Origin: Candidatus Cryptobacteroides sp.
GTDB taxonomy: Bacteria > Bacteroidota > Bacteroidia > Bacteroidales > UBA932
NCBI GenBank assembly: GCA_051869955.1
Contig: JBJEBJ010000010.1
Location: 10,334 to 74,333, forward strand
DNA length: 64,000 nucleotides
Direction of reading: 5' to 3'
Program-made: the position numbers and the translations under genes
Part shown: positions 49,329-58,318 of the stretch, piece by piece
Numbering within the stretch: position 1 is the stretch's first letter
How the letters are laid out: the number at the start of each line of letters is the position of its first letter
The notes under the pieces: model-generated
What the model was told of the DNA's origin: nothing
What the model saw: only the letters and a program-made list of their open reading frames with translations
Database searches by the model: none

Positions 49329-50351
49329 TCATATTGAAGGATACAAATATTTCCTCATGCGAAGTACGGCGGCAGCAATGTCCGCCGTTTTTGCATTGAA
49401 CCATTTCCCGGCGGCGGAAGAAGGAAGTGCCAGGAAAGACGAGTCGAATTCCTTGTCAGGGAAATTGGTCCTGATGTCTTCTACCGCGCGGGTGGAATAA
49501 TTCCCGAGCAGGGCCTTCCTGATGAATCCCGGGATGCGGCTGCGTGACAGGAGATGGCGTCGGAGCGGGAATCCGGCCTCGATGAATGCGCATCTCGTGC
49601 TGAATTTCAGGGACTCGTTCTCCGACCACCTGTACACGAAGAGGGTCTTGTCGTAATTGTAATAATTCAGGCCGGAAAGCCCTGCGCGGACAATGAAATA
49701 CAGGTCCGTGGACGGTCCCGAAATATAGTCAAAACCGCCGGACCGGGCTATGGCAGAACGTCTTATGGCCATTCCTGTAGGTATGAATGTCCTGCAGAAC
49801 GGCTCCCATGACGTAAGCGGTTTCCAAAGCCTTGCCGGCCTGCTGCCATCCTTCGGCAATTCCAAAGGAGTACCGTCGCGCCATTTGAACGACCGCGGGC
49901 AGACTATGTCAGCATCGGGCCGGGCGTCCATGACCCGCAGAATCTCACGGACATAGGACGGCAGAAGGAAATCGTCATCGTGAAGGATGACGGTGATGTC
50001 TCCTCTTCCGACGGTCAGGGCGCGGTTGAAATTGCCGACGAGACCCAGGTTCGAGGTATTCTTGAGATATCTCAGGCGCGGGTCATCCAGGCCTTCAAGA
50101 TAATCCCCGATTTCGGTATCAGGCTCGGGATTGTCCTCGACCACAACGACCTCAAACGGCAGGACGGTATCCTGTGAGAAGGCCGAGGACAGGGCATGCT
50201 TTAGCATTGAGACCCGCTTGTAAGCCGGTATCACTATGGACACGGCAGGGACAGGACCGTCAGTGCTGCCCTTCATAAGAACAGACTCCACATCCGCCTG
50301 GACATACAGGTTGTCATTAGCCTTCAGGCACTCTTCCGCATTGATTTCCAT
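49329..50351 (-). CDS. Glycosyltransferase family 2
   Basis: VSIVIPAYKR, EVVVVEDN, NLGLVGNFNR, ILHDDD (DxD) and DLYF...YR. Confidence 0.88.
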   Translation of the reverse strand: MEINAEECLKANDNLYVQADVESVLMKGSTDGPVPAVSIVIPAYKRVSMLKHALSSAFSQDTVLPFEVVVVEDNPEPDTEIGDYLEGLDDPRLRYLKNTSNLGLVGNFNRALTVGRGDITVILHDDDFLLPSYVREILRVMDARPDADIVCPRSFKWRDGTPLELPKDGSRPARLWKPLTSWEPFCRTFIPTGMAIRRSAIARSGGFDYISGPSTDLYFIVRAGLSGLNYYNYDKTLFVYRWSENESLKFSTRCAFIEAGFPLRRHLLSRSRIPGFIRKALLGNYSTRAVEDIRTNFPDKEFDSSFLALPSSAAGKWFNAKTADIAAAVLRMRKYLYPSI

Positions 50352-51748
50352 ACACTTGAAATTTTATTGCCCAACACCGAGAATCCGTCGGAATAAAAGC
50401 CCGGGACTGTCATATCAAGTTCCCTGAACACCCACAGAGGCCACCGCCAGTTGTTGTACGCAGCCTGGACAATGCCCTGCACGAGCACCACGCCAAACAG
50501 CCCTGCAGCAGTGTATTTCAGCACTATGAATGTCAGGAGAACTATCATCCCTCCGGATATAAGGCTCGGCACGACATACGGAATACGGTTCGAGGTGGAT
50601 ATCACCGAAGCGAACTCCGAGTGGTTGAGTTCCAGGGCAATCACAAGCAGATACAGGGCGCATATCCCGAATGACGGAAGTTCTGTGGAGGAATGTATAA
50701 GTTTAAGGAAAGGAGGCACCGCGAAAAGAATTGCAATGGCTCCCGCGAGCATCACAATCTGCCCGGTCACCACCGTAAACGAGATTGTCCTGCGGAGTTC
50801 TTCCTTCCTGCCTGTCACCCTCAGATTGGAGAGTTTGGGAAGGAATGTGACAAACAATGTATTGGCCACTCCGGACACGATGGTGGAGAGCTGGGTCAGC
50901 AGTCCGTAGGAACCGATCACTGCGAGAGGCAGGAAGAAACCGATGATGAACATCCCCATCTTGTTCACCGCGTAAGCCCCGAGGAAATTGATTCCCAACT
51001 TCTTGGCATTGAACCAGATGACTTTGAATGTGGAATTTATCTCGTCCTTTGAGACTTCCCCGCCAAGACGCGATTTCAGTTCCGGAGTGAAATACACCCT
51101 GTAGCAGAACAGGCGCTGGACGAACGGGGCGATGAAATTGGCGGCAACCACCGCGAACAGGCCCCAGTCCAAAAGCAGGAAAATGACGCATAGCAGCATA
51201 TAGGCGGACTTCGACAGGATGGCTGCCTGGGATGCCTCCTTCACCATTCCGCTGCCGGTCAGAAGGCTGGAATAGTAGGAGAAATATATGTTGAAATACG
51301 TCGAGAACGAGTACAATATCCAGATATACAGAGAGTTCTGCACATTGGTAAACCCTTCTGTCAGATACCATATATAGGCCGTCCCGAAAGTCAGCATCAC
51401 CGCGAGGGCAATCAGCGAAAGCCTGGTATAGACATATCGGGCCGTCTTGATAAGCACCGAGAGCAGATGCCAGTCCATCTCTCCCCCTGTCTCTTCCATG
51501 ACTCCTTCCTTCAGGAGGGAACGTGCCCCGCTGTTGACATATGTGAAATTGCGTCCGAACTGGGGCGAGAATCCGAAGTCCAGGAGCCCGACTATGGAGC
51601 CGACCGTGAGCATCAGGTAGTTCATGCCCACCTCCTCGCTCGTCAACATATTGAGAATCAGCGGCAGAGTCACGAGTCCCGACCCTATCAGGAAGAACTT
51701 CGCGACATAGCTCCAGATGACATCCTTACGTGTTATATCGACTCCCAT
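50324..51748 (-). CDS. Wzx-like O-unit flippase
   Basis: About 12 TM segments, LPLIL..L..EEVG, LLDFGFSPQFGRN and IGSYGL; within a glycan operon. Start taken at MGVDITRKD. Confidence 0.8.
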   Translation of the reverse strand: MGVDITRKDVIWSYVAKFFLIGSGLVTLPLILNMLTSEEVGMNYLMLTVGSIVGLLDFGFSPQFGRNFTYVNSGARSLLKEGVMEETGGEMDWHLLSVLIKTARYVYTRLSLIALAVMLTFGTAYIWYLTEGFTNVQNSLYIWILYSFSTYFNIYFSYYSSLLTGSGMVKEASQAAILSKSAYMLLCVIFLLLDWGLFAVVAANFIAPFVQRLFCYRVYFTPELKSRLGGEVSKDEINSTFKVIWFNAKKLGINFLGAYAVNKMGMFIIGFFLPLAVIGSYGLLTQLSTIVSGVANTLFVTFLPKLSNLRVTGRKEELRRTISFTVVTGQIVMLAGAIAILFAVPPFLKLIHSSTELPSFGICALYLLVIALELNHSEFASVISTSNRIPYVVPSLISGGMIVLLTFIVLKYTAAGLFGVVLVQGIVQAAYNNWRWPLWVFRELDMTVPGFYSDGFSVLGNKISSVWKSMRKSA

Positions 51749-51749
51749 A

Positions 51750-52760
51750 TCATCTCCTCCCCCGGCATTTTTCCATGCCCCATGCGTAAACCTTGTCGAT
51801 TTCCGGGCAGCTGACCCCGTTCTCGTGTGCGAGGTCATGTATCATTTTCAGCCCGTATGGAAAATCTTCCGTGAAATACCGGCTTCCGAAATCCGGAATC
51901 CATCCCCCTTCCACGCGCACCATTGGCGACTCTATGTCCCTGAACGAAGGGATGCTGCTTATCTTCGCCGTCATTCCTTCAGCGTCAGAAGCTTCGTAAT
52001 GTTCAAGCAGGGTGTCGATGTGCTCCGTGCTCACGCCCAATGCCGAGAGCAGTTTGAAGAACTCCCTGTCCATCCGGATTTCGAGTTCGGATGCCTCGAC
52101 AGTCCATTCCCTGTAGAAGAATCCACGTCCCGGAAAAGGTTTACCGTCCCAGTCCTTCCACATAGTATAGAGCCGGCCGGTATGCAGGATGGGATTGCTG
52201 TTGCTCAGGGTAACCTCATAGAAACTTCCGGCGAACACAACCTTCTCCCCGAAAAGCCTGCCGAGGACATCCGCAAACGCCTGCTTGTCAGATATATTCT
52301 CGGCTGCGACAATGATCTCCTCCCTGTCCCCGAGAAGCCTTGCGCTCTTTCCGTATTCAGTCACCCGGGACACGTACGGGACGCGCTGGAGGCCGAATAC
52401 AGGCACTCCCTCCATATGGTTGTGGCAATGGAAGAAGAATCCGGAATTGGAGACCACGGTCCCGACGATGGTATTCTGCCCGAGATGCGGCTTAATCCTG
52501 TCCAATGTCTCCCCGACAAGAAATGCCGGAAGGCAGAGCAGGACAATATCGGACCGGGGTATCAGCACTGCAGGATCGGCCGACACTTCCGCAAGCCTTC
52601 CCCTCAGGACGTTTCCGTCCGGTCTCGTGACCTCGAACTCACGGTTCCATCTCTCCGGATGCGAGCATAACATATTGACGGACACGTCCTCCAATCTGGA
52701 GAACATCCCCGCGCAGGTATGTCCGAGGCCTCCGCCTCCGCAGATTGTAACGGTCAGCAT
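51750..52760 (-). CDS. NAD/NADP opine (octopine/nopaline) dehydrogenase family protein
   Basis: Rossmann motif ICGGGGLGH, DIVLLCLPAF, NSNPILH, FY.EW and the C-terminal signature SRYFTEDFPYGL. Confidence 0.85.
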   Translation of the reverse strand: MLTVTICGGGGLGHTCAGMFSRLEDVSVNMLCSHPERWNREFEVTRPDGNVLRGRLAEVSADPAVLIPRSDIVLLCLPAFLVGETLDRIKPHLGQNTIVGTVVSNSGFFFHCHNHMEGVPVFGLQRVPYVSRVTEYGKSARLLGDREEIIVAAENISDKQAFADVLGRLFGEKVVFAGSFYEVTLSNSNPILHTGRLYTMWKDWDGKPFPGRGFFYREWTVEASELEIRMDREFFKLLSALGVSTEHIDTLLEHYEASDAEGMTAKISSIPSFRDIESPMVRVEGGWIPDFGSRYFTEDFPYGLKMIHDLAHENGVSCPEIDKVYAWGMEKCRGRR

Positions 52761-54580
52761 TTTCTCTCCTCTTCCAACTGTCTGAACGCGGCGAGGAGAC
52801 GGTCATTGTCCTCCCTGCTCCTTACCGCTATGCGCATATATTGTCCTCCGTCGAGACCTGCCTTGGCCGAACAGTCCCTCGTGAGGATATCGAATCTCTT
52901 GAGCATCGTAAGCACAAGCCCCCCGGCCGTGTACGGCGGTAATATCCTGCAAAGGAAATAATTGGCCTGCGAAGGCATCACGTGCAGGAACGGTATTCCG
53001 GACAATTCCTTTCCGAAACGGTCTCTCTCTTCAGCGAATCTCGTACATGCCCTGTGATAGTCCTTCTCGTACTTGGTGAATATCTGCATGAAGAACTCGG
53101 CAAAGGAATTTATATTCCAGATGCTCAACGACTTGCGAATGTCCGACATCAGCTCCATGTCAGCAGAGCAGAGGATTCCGAGCCTGATTCCCGGCACTCC
53201 GTAGCTCTTGGAAATGCTCTTGAGCACCACCAACTGAGGATATTTTTCCAGAATCCCGTCGTGAAGCAGTGTATTGTGGACATATCCGTCGCTGAAATCC
53301 ACGAAACTCTCGTCCACTATCAACCTTGTCCCGCTTTCCCCGCACCATTCCGCGAGGGAAAGAAGGTCTGCCACAGGAATGAAATTGCCGGACGGATTGT
53401 CAGGATTGATTACCAGAATGTTGTCCGCAGGGTTCCTTCCGAAGAATTCTTTCAGGTCACCGGCCGTATATCTGTAGTCCGGTTTTTCCGGAATGAATGT
53501 CACAAGGTCTTCAGGAGACCGCCGGTTCGGATATTCCTCGAATGTGGGACGGACTATTCCCAATGTTCCCGGCAATATGCCCATGAGTTCCTTTATGAGT
53601 TCGGCGGCACCATTCCCCGGCACAATGTAATCTTCCTTCACACCCCAGCATTTGGAGGCAAGCAAGGTATTGACTTTCAGTCCGGAAGGATATTCCGACA
53701 CGAGCGTACCGAAATTGGCCTTCATCTCCTCGACAATGCGGGACTCCCCGAAATACGGATTCACCAGGTAACAGAAATCCAGCATCTTCGGAAATCTCCA
53801 GAATCCTCCGAAACGGCCGTAATATTTCCTGATGATGTCTTTCTCCTCCGCGAAGAGGGCCTCGGCGATGTCCAGGTCCTGCTTGTCGTCGATTTCGTAC
53901 CATTTCGCATTGGTCACAGGCAGTGCCTTGAGGTCGCTGCTGTTCAGGAAGCTGATGATTCTCAGTACGTTCTCATAGTATTCGTTGTTCCCGACGGCCT
54001 TGGTATAGGCTTCGAGGAACGGAACGTACTTGCGGGCGGAGAATTCCTTGCTGAACTTGTAGATATTGACCGTCTTGTAATATTTTCCCGCATTGGAATA
54101 GTCGAAAGCATCCTTCGGGACGAAGTTCACGATATTGCAATCTGAGTCAATCCTGACCATGGTCCCGTCCATCCAGGTCTCGTATTTGGAGACTAATGCA
54201 AGATTCGGGAAAGGATTGTCAATCAACATGTTGAGCAGGACCTCATCGAAAATGAGGTCGGACTCGACAAGTATGGTGTCATCCTGCTGGAGATAGTCCT
54301 TCGCCAACCATAAGGAATAGATGTTGTTCGTCCGGCTATATACCGGATTTTCTACGAACTCGATATCCAGGTCCGTGTGCAGTTCCCCTATGTGCCTGAT
54401 GAGTTTGTCGCCCTCGTAACCGACGACTATCACCACCCGGTCCAGTTTCAGAGCGGAAAGCTGGCCGAGAAGCCTGTCAATGAGGGGCACACCGTTCACA
54501 GGGACCATACATTTCGTATTGTCCTTCGTATATTCCCCAAGCCTGCGGCCCATTCCCGCCGCGAGGATTATTGCCTGCAT
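52754..54580 (-). CDS. Fusion of a LicC-like cytidylyltransferase and a CobD/HisC-like PLP enzyme
   Basis: N-domain AIILAAGMGRRL...KCM, NP.Y..TNNIYSL, ESDLIF, WYEIDD.QDL. C-domain GNGAAELI, PTFEEY, NPDNPSG, IVDESF, KSISKSYGVPGIRLG, NYFL, MRIAV. Confidence 0.88.
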   Translation of the reverse strand: MQAIILAAGMGRRLGEYTKDNTKCMVPVNGVPLIDRLLGQLSALKLDRVVIVVGYEGDKLIRHIGELHTDLDIEFVENPVYSRTNNIYSLWLAKDYLQQDDTILVESDLIFDEVLLNMLIDNPFPNLALVSKYETWMDGTMVRIDSDCNIVNFVPKDAFDYSNAGKYYKTVNIYKFSKEFSARKYVPFLEAYTKAVGNNEYYENVLRIISFLNSSDLKALPVTNAKWYEIDDKQDLDIAEALFAEEKDIIRKYYGRFGGFWRFPKMLDFCYLVNPYFGESRIVEEMKANFGTLVSEYPSGLKVNTLLASKCWGVKEDYIVPGNGAAELIKELMGILPGTLGIVRPTFEEYPNRRSPEDLVTFIPEKPDYRYTAGDLKEFFGRNPADNILVINPDNPSGNFIPVADLLSLAEWCGESGTRLIVDESFVDFSDGYVHNTLLHDGILEKYPQLVVLKSISKSYGVPGIRLGILCSADMELMSDIRKSLSIWNINSFAEFFMQIFTKYEKDYHRACTRFAEERDRFGKELSGIPFLHVMPSQANYFLCRILPPYTAGGLVLTMLKRFDILTRDCSAKAGLDGGQYMRIAVRSREDNDRLLAAFRQLEEERKC

Positions 54581-54612
54581 ATACGCTTCAGATTAAGTCA
54601 ATTATACCTGTC

Positions 54613-54670
54613 GAGCCGGAGGCTCCCGTCGGCTGATACGCCTGACAAGTCCCTCCGGCTCACAAATATA
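54613..54670 (-). promoter_or_regulatory. -7 promoter element followed by a GC-rich hairpin upstream of the glycan-modification operon
   Basis: TATATTTG (54670-54663), then a 10-bp stem GAGCCGGAGG/CCTCCGGCTC (54613-22 / 54652-61) with no U-tract. Confidence 0.45.
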
Positions 54671-54714
54671 CGGAATATTTCCGTTTTATTTATATCAGGA
54701 ATCTGACGATGCCC

Positions 54715-56763
54715 TTATTTGATGTAGGCGTCTGAAACTACCTTGCGGCTTCTCGAAATGAAATCGCTCAGGGCCTTGCCTTTCAGCATTCCGTTGGCAA
54801 GCAGTGCGAGATCCGTGATCTGGTGAAGAATCTCGTTCCCGGCAGCAAACGCCTCGATATCGGCCTTGTGCGCATCACGGGCGGCGTTCTTTGCCTCGCG
54901 TGCTGCATTTTTGGCATCTTCTGCAGCCTTCTTCTGATCCTCGGTAGCATCCTTGGCCTCGCCTGCCTTCAGGATTTCAGGATCTGCCTCAGGCACTGCA
55001 GCCATCGGTTTCACGGCAGCTTTCTGCGCCTCCATTATCTTGGCAATCAACGGATTCTCAAGATTAACAGTGATATTGTACGAGGTCGGGAGAGAGCCGT
55101 AGAAATTCATTCCTCCGCCCATCGAACTCATTTCTCGGTAACGGCGCATGAACTCGTTCTGGGTAATGAGGACAGGCTCGGCGTTCTCACCCATATTGTC
55201 GGCACTGACATAATAATCGCTGCCTTCCGGAAGGACTGCCTTGAACAGGTCCTGCAGGTCGTTTCTCTCCTCCTCGGAAAGCTCCGGCTTCTTCCTGTCA
55301 TCCTTAGGTATGAGATTGTCGATGGAATCGGAGTCCACGCGGCAGAATCTGGTGTCCTGAAGTTTCTGCTCGAGCAGGTTCACGTAATGAGAATCCAATT
55401 CGCAGTCCATCAGGAGCACGTCATAGCCCTTGTTCCTGGCTCCCTCAATGAAGGAATACTGGGCCTCGGTGTCAGTTGCATAGAGATATACGACTTTCTT
55501 GTCCTTGTCGGTCTGTTCGCCTTCCACTGCCTTGCGGTAGTCCTCGAAACTGAAGAACTTCCCGTCGGTGTTCTTGAGCAGGGCGAACTTGAGGGCCCTC
55601 TCGCAGAACTTCTCGTCGGTGAGCATTCCGTACTCGATGAAGAGCTTGAGATTGTCCCATTTCTCCTCGAGCGACTTCCTGTCCTCGTTGAATATTTCCT
55701 CGAGGCGGTCTGCCACCTTCTTCGTGATGTAGCCTGAAATTTTCTTCACGTTGGCATCGCTTTGGAGATAGCTCCTCGACACGTTCAGCGGAATGTCCGG
55801 AGAATCAATTACTCCATGGAGGAGAGTCAGGAAGTCAGGAACGATATTGTCCACGTGGTCGGTGACGAACATCTGGTTGCAGAACAGCTGTATCTTGTTC
55901 TTTTCCACGGACATGCGGTCCTTTATCTTAGGGAAGTAGAGAATACCTGTCAGATGGAACGGATAGTCCACGTTCAGGTGGATATGGAACAGAGGCTCCT
56001 CATAAGTCGGATAGAGGGACCTGTAAAAACTCATATAGTCCTCATCCTTGAGTTCGGACGGTTTGCGGGTCCAGAGAGGTTCTACAGTATTGATTACCTT
56101 GTCCTTGTCTGTATCCACGTATTTTCCGTCCTTCCATTCCTGCTCCTTGCCGAACACCACCGGGACCGGCATGAACTTGCAATATTTGTTCAGGAGGCCT
56201 TCAATCCTGCCCTTGGCGGCATACTCGGAAGAATCGTCATCAAGATAAAGGGTGATGACAGTTCCCCTGTCAGACTTGTCGCATGCGGTAAGTTCATATT
56301 CCGGACTGCCGTCGCAGCTCCATTTCACTGCCTTTGCCCCGTCTTTCCACGAGAGGGTCTCGATGGTCACTTTTTTGGAGACCATGAAGGCGGAGTAGAA
56401 TCCGAGTCCGAAATGGCCTATGATGCTGCCTATCTGGTCCTTGTATTTTTCAAGGAATTCCCCGGCAGAGGAGAATGCTATCTGGTTGATGTACTTGTCC
56501 ACTTCCTCCTCGGTCATTCCGATACCGCGGTCGGTGACTTTCAGGGTCTTTTCCTTCTCGTCCAGCTCGATCCGTACTGAAAGTTCACCGAGCACACCCT
56601 TGAAATCGCCTGAGGAAGCGAGTGCCTTCATCTTCTCGGAAGCGTCCACTGCATTGGCCACAAGTTCCCTGAGGAAAATCTCATGGTCCGAATAGAGAAA
56701 TTGTTTGATGACCGGGAAAATATTCTCGGTCGTAACACCGATTTTGCCTTTGATTTCTGCCAT
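54715..56763 (-). CDS. htpG: Molecular chaperone HtpG (Hsp90)
   Basis: LYSDHEIFLRELVANAVDA, DRGIGMT, IGHFGLGFYSAFMV, GVIDSPDIPLNVSRSYLQ. Confidence 0.97.
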   Translation of the reverse strand: MAEIKGKIGVTTENIFPVIKQFLYSDHEIFLRELVANAVDASEKMKALASSGDFKGVLGELSVRIELDEKEKTLKVTDRGIGMTEEEVDKYINQIAFSSAGEFLEKYKDQIGSIIGHFGLGFYSAFMVSKKVTIETLSWKDGAKAVKWSCDGSPEYELTACDKSDRGTVITLYLDDDSSEYAAKGRIEGLLNKYCKFMPVPVVFGKEQEWKDGKYVDTDKDKVINTVEPLWTRKPSELKDEDYMSFYRSLYPTYEEPLFHIHLNVDYPFHLTGILYFPKIKDRMSVEKNKIQLFCNQMFVTDHVDNIVPDFLTLLHGVIDSPDIPLNVSRSYLQSDANVKKISGYITKKVADRLEEIFNEDRKSLEEKWDNLKLFIEYGMLTDEKFCERALKFALLKNTDGKFFSFEDYRKAVEGEQTDKDKKVVYLYATDTEAQYSFIEGARNKGYDVLLMDCELDSHYVNLLEQKLQDTRFCRVDSDSIDNLIPKDDRKKPELSEEERNDLQDLFKAVLPEGSDYYVSADNMGENAEPVLITQNEFMRRYREMSSMGGGMNFYGSLPTSYNITVNLENPLIAKIMEAQKAAVKPMAAVPEADPEILKAGEAKDATEDQKKAAEDAKNAAREAKNAARDAHKADIEAFAAGNEILHQITDLALLANGMLKGKALSDFISRSRKVVSDAYIK

Positions 56764-56832
56764 AATATGTATTCTTTAAATATAATCTAAACGCGCCGCA
56801 TACCCATGAGGGCCATACGGCGCGAATCAGAA

Positions 56833-56874
56833 GTCAAAATATGTTCCAATTTATGTTCCATGACAATTTGGCAG
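56833..56874 (-). promoter_or_regulatory. Sigma54-like promoter with an upstream palindromic box before htpG
   Basis: Minus strand CTGCCAAATTGTCA-TGGAACATAAAT-TGGAAC-ATATT-TTGAC. TGGAAC-N5-TTGA resembles TGGCAC-N5-TTGC, and TGCCA-AAT-TGTCA is an imperfect palindrome. Confidence 0.45.
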
Positions 56875-56878
56875 TCCG

Positions 56879-57550
56879 TCAGTCGAACGAGCTCTCGTAT
56901 TGTACCGAGCCTCCCTCAAGATAGGTCGTCCTGAGCCAGTCAAGTTTCCTGCTGTCCTTGTAGAAGTCCAGACAAAGTGTGCCCAAATTGGTGTAACCGC
57001 CGCTTCCCGAAGCATCGGGAATCATGAGGAAACCGTCCTCAGTGGCACAGGAAAGATAATAATCCGAATCTTCATACCTATAGCCTGAAAGAGACACTTT
57101 CAAGGTTCCCACCCTGTCATCCAGGTTCTTGACCTTCAATGTAAAATCGTACCTGAAACGGCTGTTTCCGTCACCTTTGTCCTTTCTCGACACCTCCCAG
57201 TCATATCCGTCTCCGGAAGTGCGGTTCACGACATAGGAATAATCACTGTATGTCCACGTGGTGTCATTCCCTGATATGGTGCATTTCATCGGCCCGATTC
57301 TCTGGCCGGAAGCATCGGTGAATACGTATGACGATCCGTTCGCCGGCTTGATATCCTCGACCGTGTACAGAGCATCCACATACTGCTTGACAGTCATTGG
57401 GCGATTGAGACAATACTCGATGATGTCATTGTTGTACCTGATGTATTCAAATCCCCTGTCATCATAACCTCCGAACGAATTGTCCCCGTAATAGACCGAG
57501 CAAGAAACGATGGCGGAGAATGCAAATATCGCAGAAATTATCTTCTTCAT
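56879..57550 (-). CDS. Hypothetical lipoprotein
   Basis: MKKIISAIFAFSAIVSC lipoprotein signal and a beta-rich body; no family recognised. Confidence 0.7.
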   Translation of the reverse strand: MKKIISAIFAFSAIVSCSVYYGDNSFGGYDDRGFEYIRYNNDIIEYCLNRPMTVKQYVDALYTVEDIKPANGSSYVFTDASGQRIGPMKCTISGNDTTWTYSDYSYVVNRTSGDGYDWEVSRKDKGDGNSRFRYDFTLKVKNLDDRVGTLKVSLSGYRYEDSDYYLSCATEDGFLMIPDASGSGGYTNLGTLCLDFYKDSRKLDWLRTTYLEGGSVQYESSFD

Positions 57551-57579
57551 ATTCAATTCAATTAATAGCACATTGGTTT

Positions 57580-58182
57580 TCAGAATCTTACACCTACCCC
57601 GAAATTCACACCCATGAAGACCGAGCCAAACGACAGCTCGGCAATTCCGTAAACTTTGGAGCCGATGGTATAGGTCAAAGGGATAATCTGCCAGTCGAAA
57701 GCCGCCTTGTGCGGATATCCTGAATATATTCCCACACCTGCGCTCACGGTACCGGACAGAGTGGTGAGCTGCGTCCTGAAATAGAAGAACCTGACCTCCG
57801 GCATGATATAAATCGAGTCAAAGGATTTACCGACATGAGTGTCACCGGTGAGCAGATTGTACGTATCTCCTTCCATGCGGGTATAGTAAACGGAACCGCC
57901 GTAGGACAGCCATGAAAGAGGATGTGTTTCAAAGCATATGGAGTATGTCCCGATATATCTGTTGATGTCCACCCTGTCCTCATACATATCCTTCACGGAT
58001 GGTTTGTTGAGGTTCAGGAAACCTCCGTCGAGCTTGTCGACTGCAAAGGTAGGCTCCCCGGCTCCAACATGGGCGGAAATGTTGAACTTGTAAGGTTTCA
58101 TAGGTCTGAACGCCCCGGCTTCGGCCGGCAAGAGCAACATTGCCAATGCAATTGAGGCGCCCGCAAGTATTTTTCCAAACAT
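57580..58182 (-). CDS. Small outer-membrane beta-barrel protein
   Basis: Signal peptide, alternating beta strands (IMPEVRFFYF, GIAELSFG) and C-terminal GVGVRF. Confidence 0.75.
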   Translation of the reverse strand: MFGKILAGASIALAMLLLPAEAGAFRPMKPYKFNISAHVGAGEPTFAVDKLDGGFLNLNKPSVKDMYEDRVDINRYIGTYSICFETHPLSWLSYGGSVYYTRMEGDTYNLLTGDTHVGKSFDSIYIMPEVRFFYFRTQLTTLSGTVSAGVGIYSGYPHKAAFDWQIIPLTYTIGSKVYGIAELSFGSVFMGVNFGVGVRF

Positions 58183-58251
58183 ATATTATAAAAACTTTGT
58201 TATCCTGTTCCGGAGAATCCATAATCATTCTCCCGTCATTATAGATGCATG

Positions 58252-58278
58252 AAAGGGCCGGAATGTTGCTTCCGGCCC
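58252..58278 (-). terminator. Probable terminator after acyl-CoA synthetase 3
   Basis: GGGCCGGAA/TTCCGGCCC stem with only a short T-run on the minus strand. Confidence 0.5.
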
Positions 58279-58318
58279 AGTAAAAATATCATCCGCAAGG
58301 GATGGTCCATGTCGTTGT

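Noticed and set aside
52754-54580. Phosphonate (2-aminoethylphosphonate) glycan pathway
   Set aside because: No PEP mutase or phosphonopyruvate decarboxylase in the window, and the PLP domain is class I/II rather than the class V AEP transaminase.
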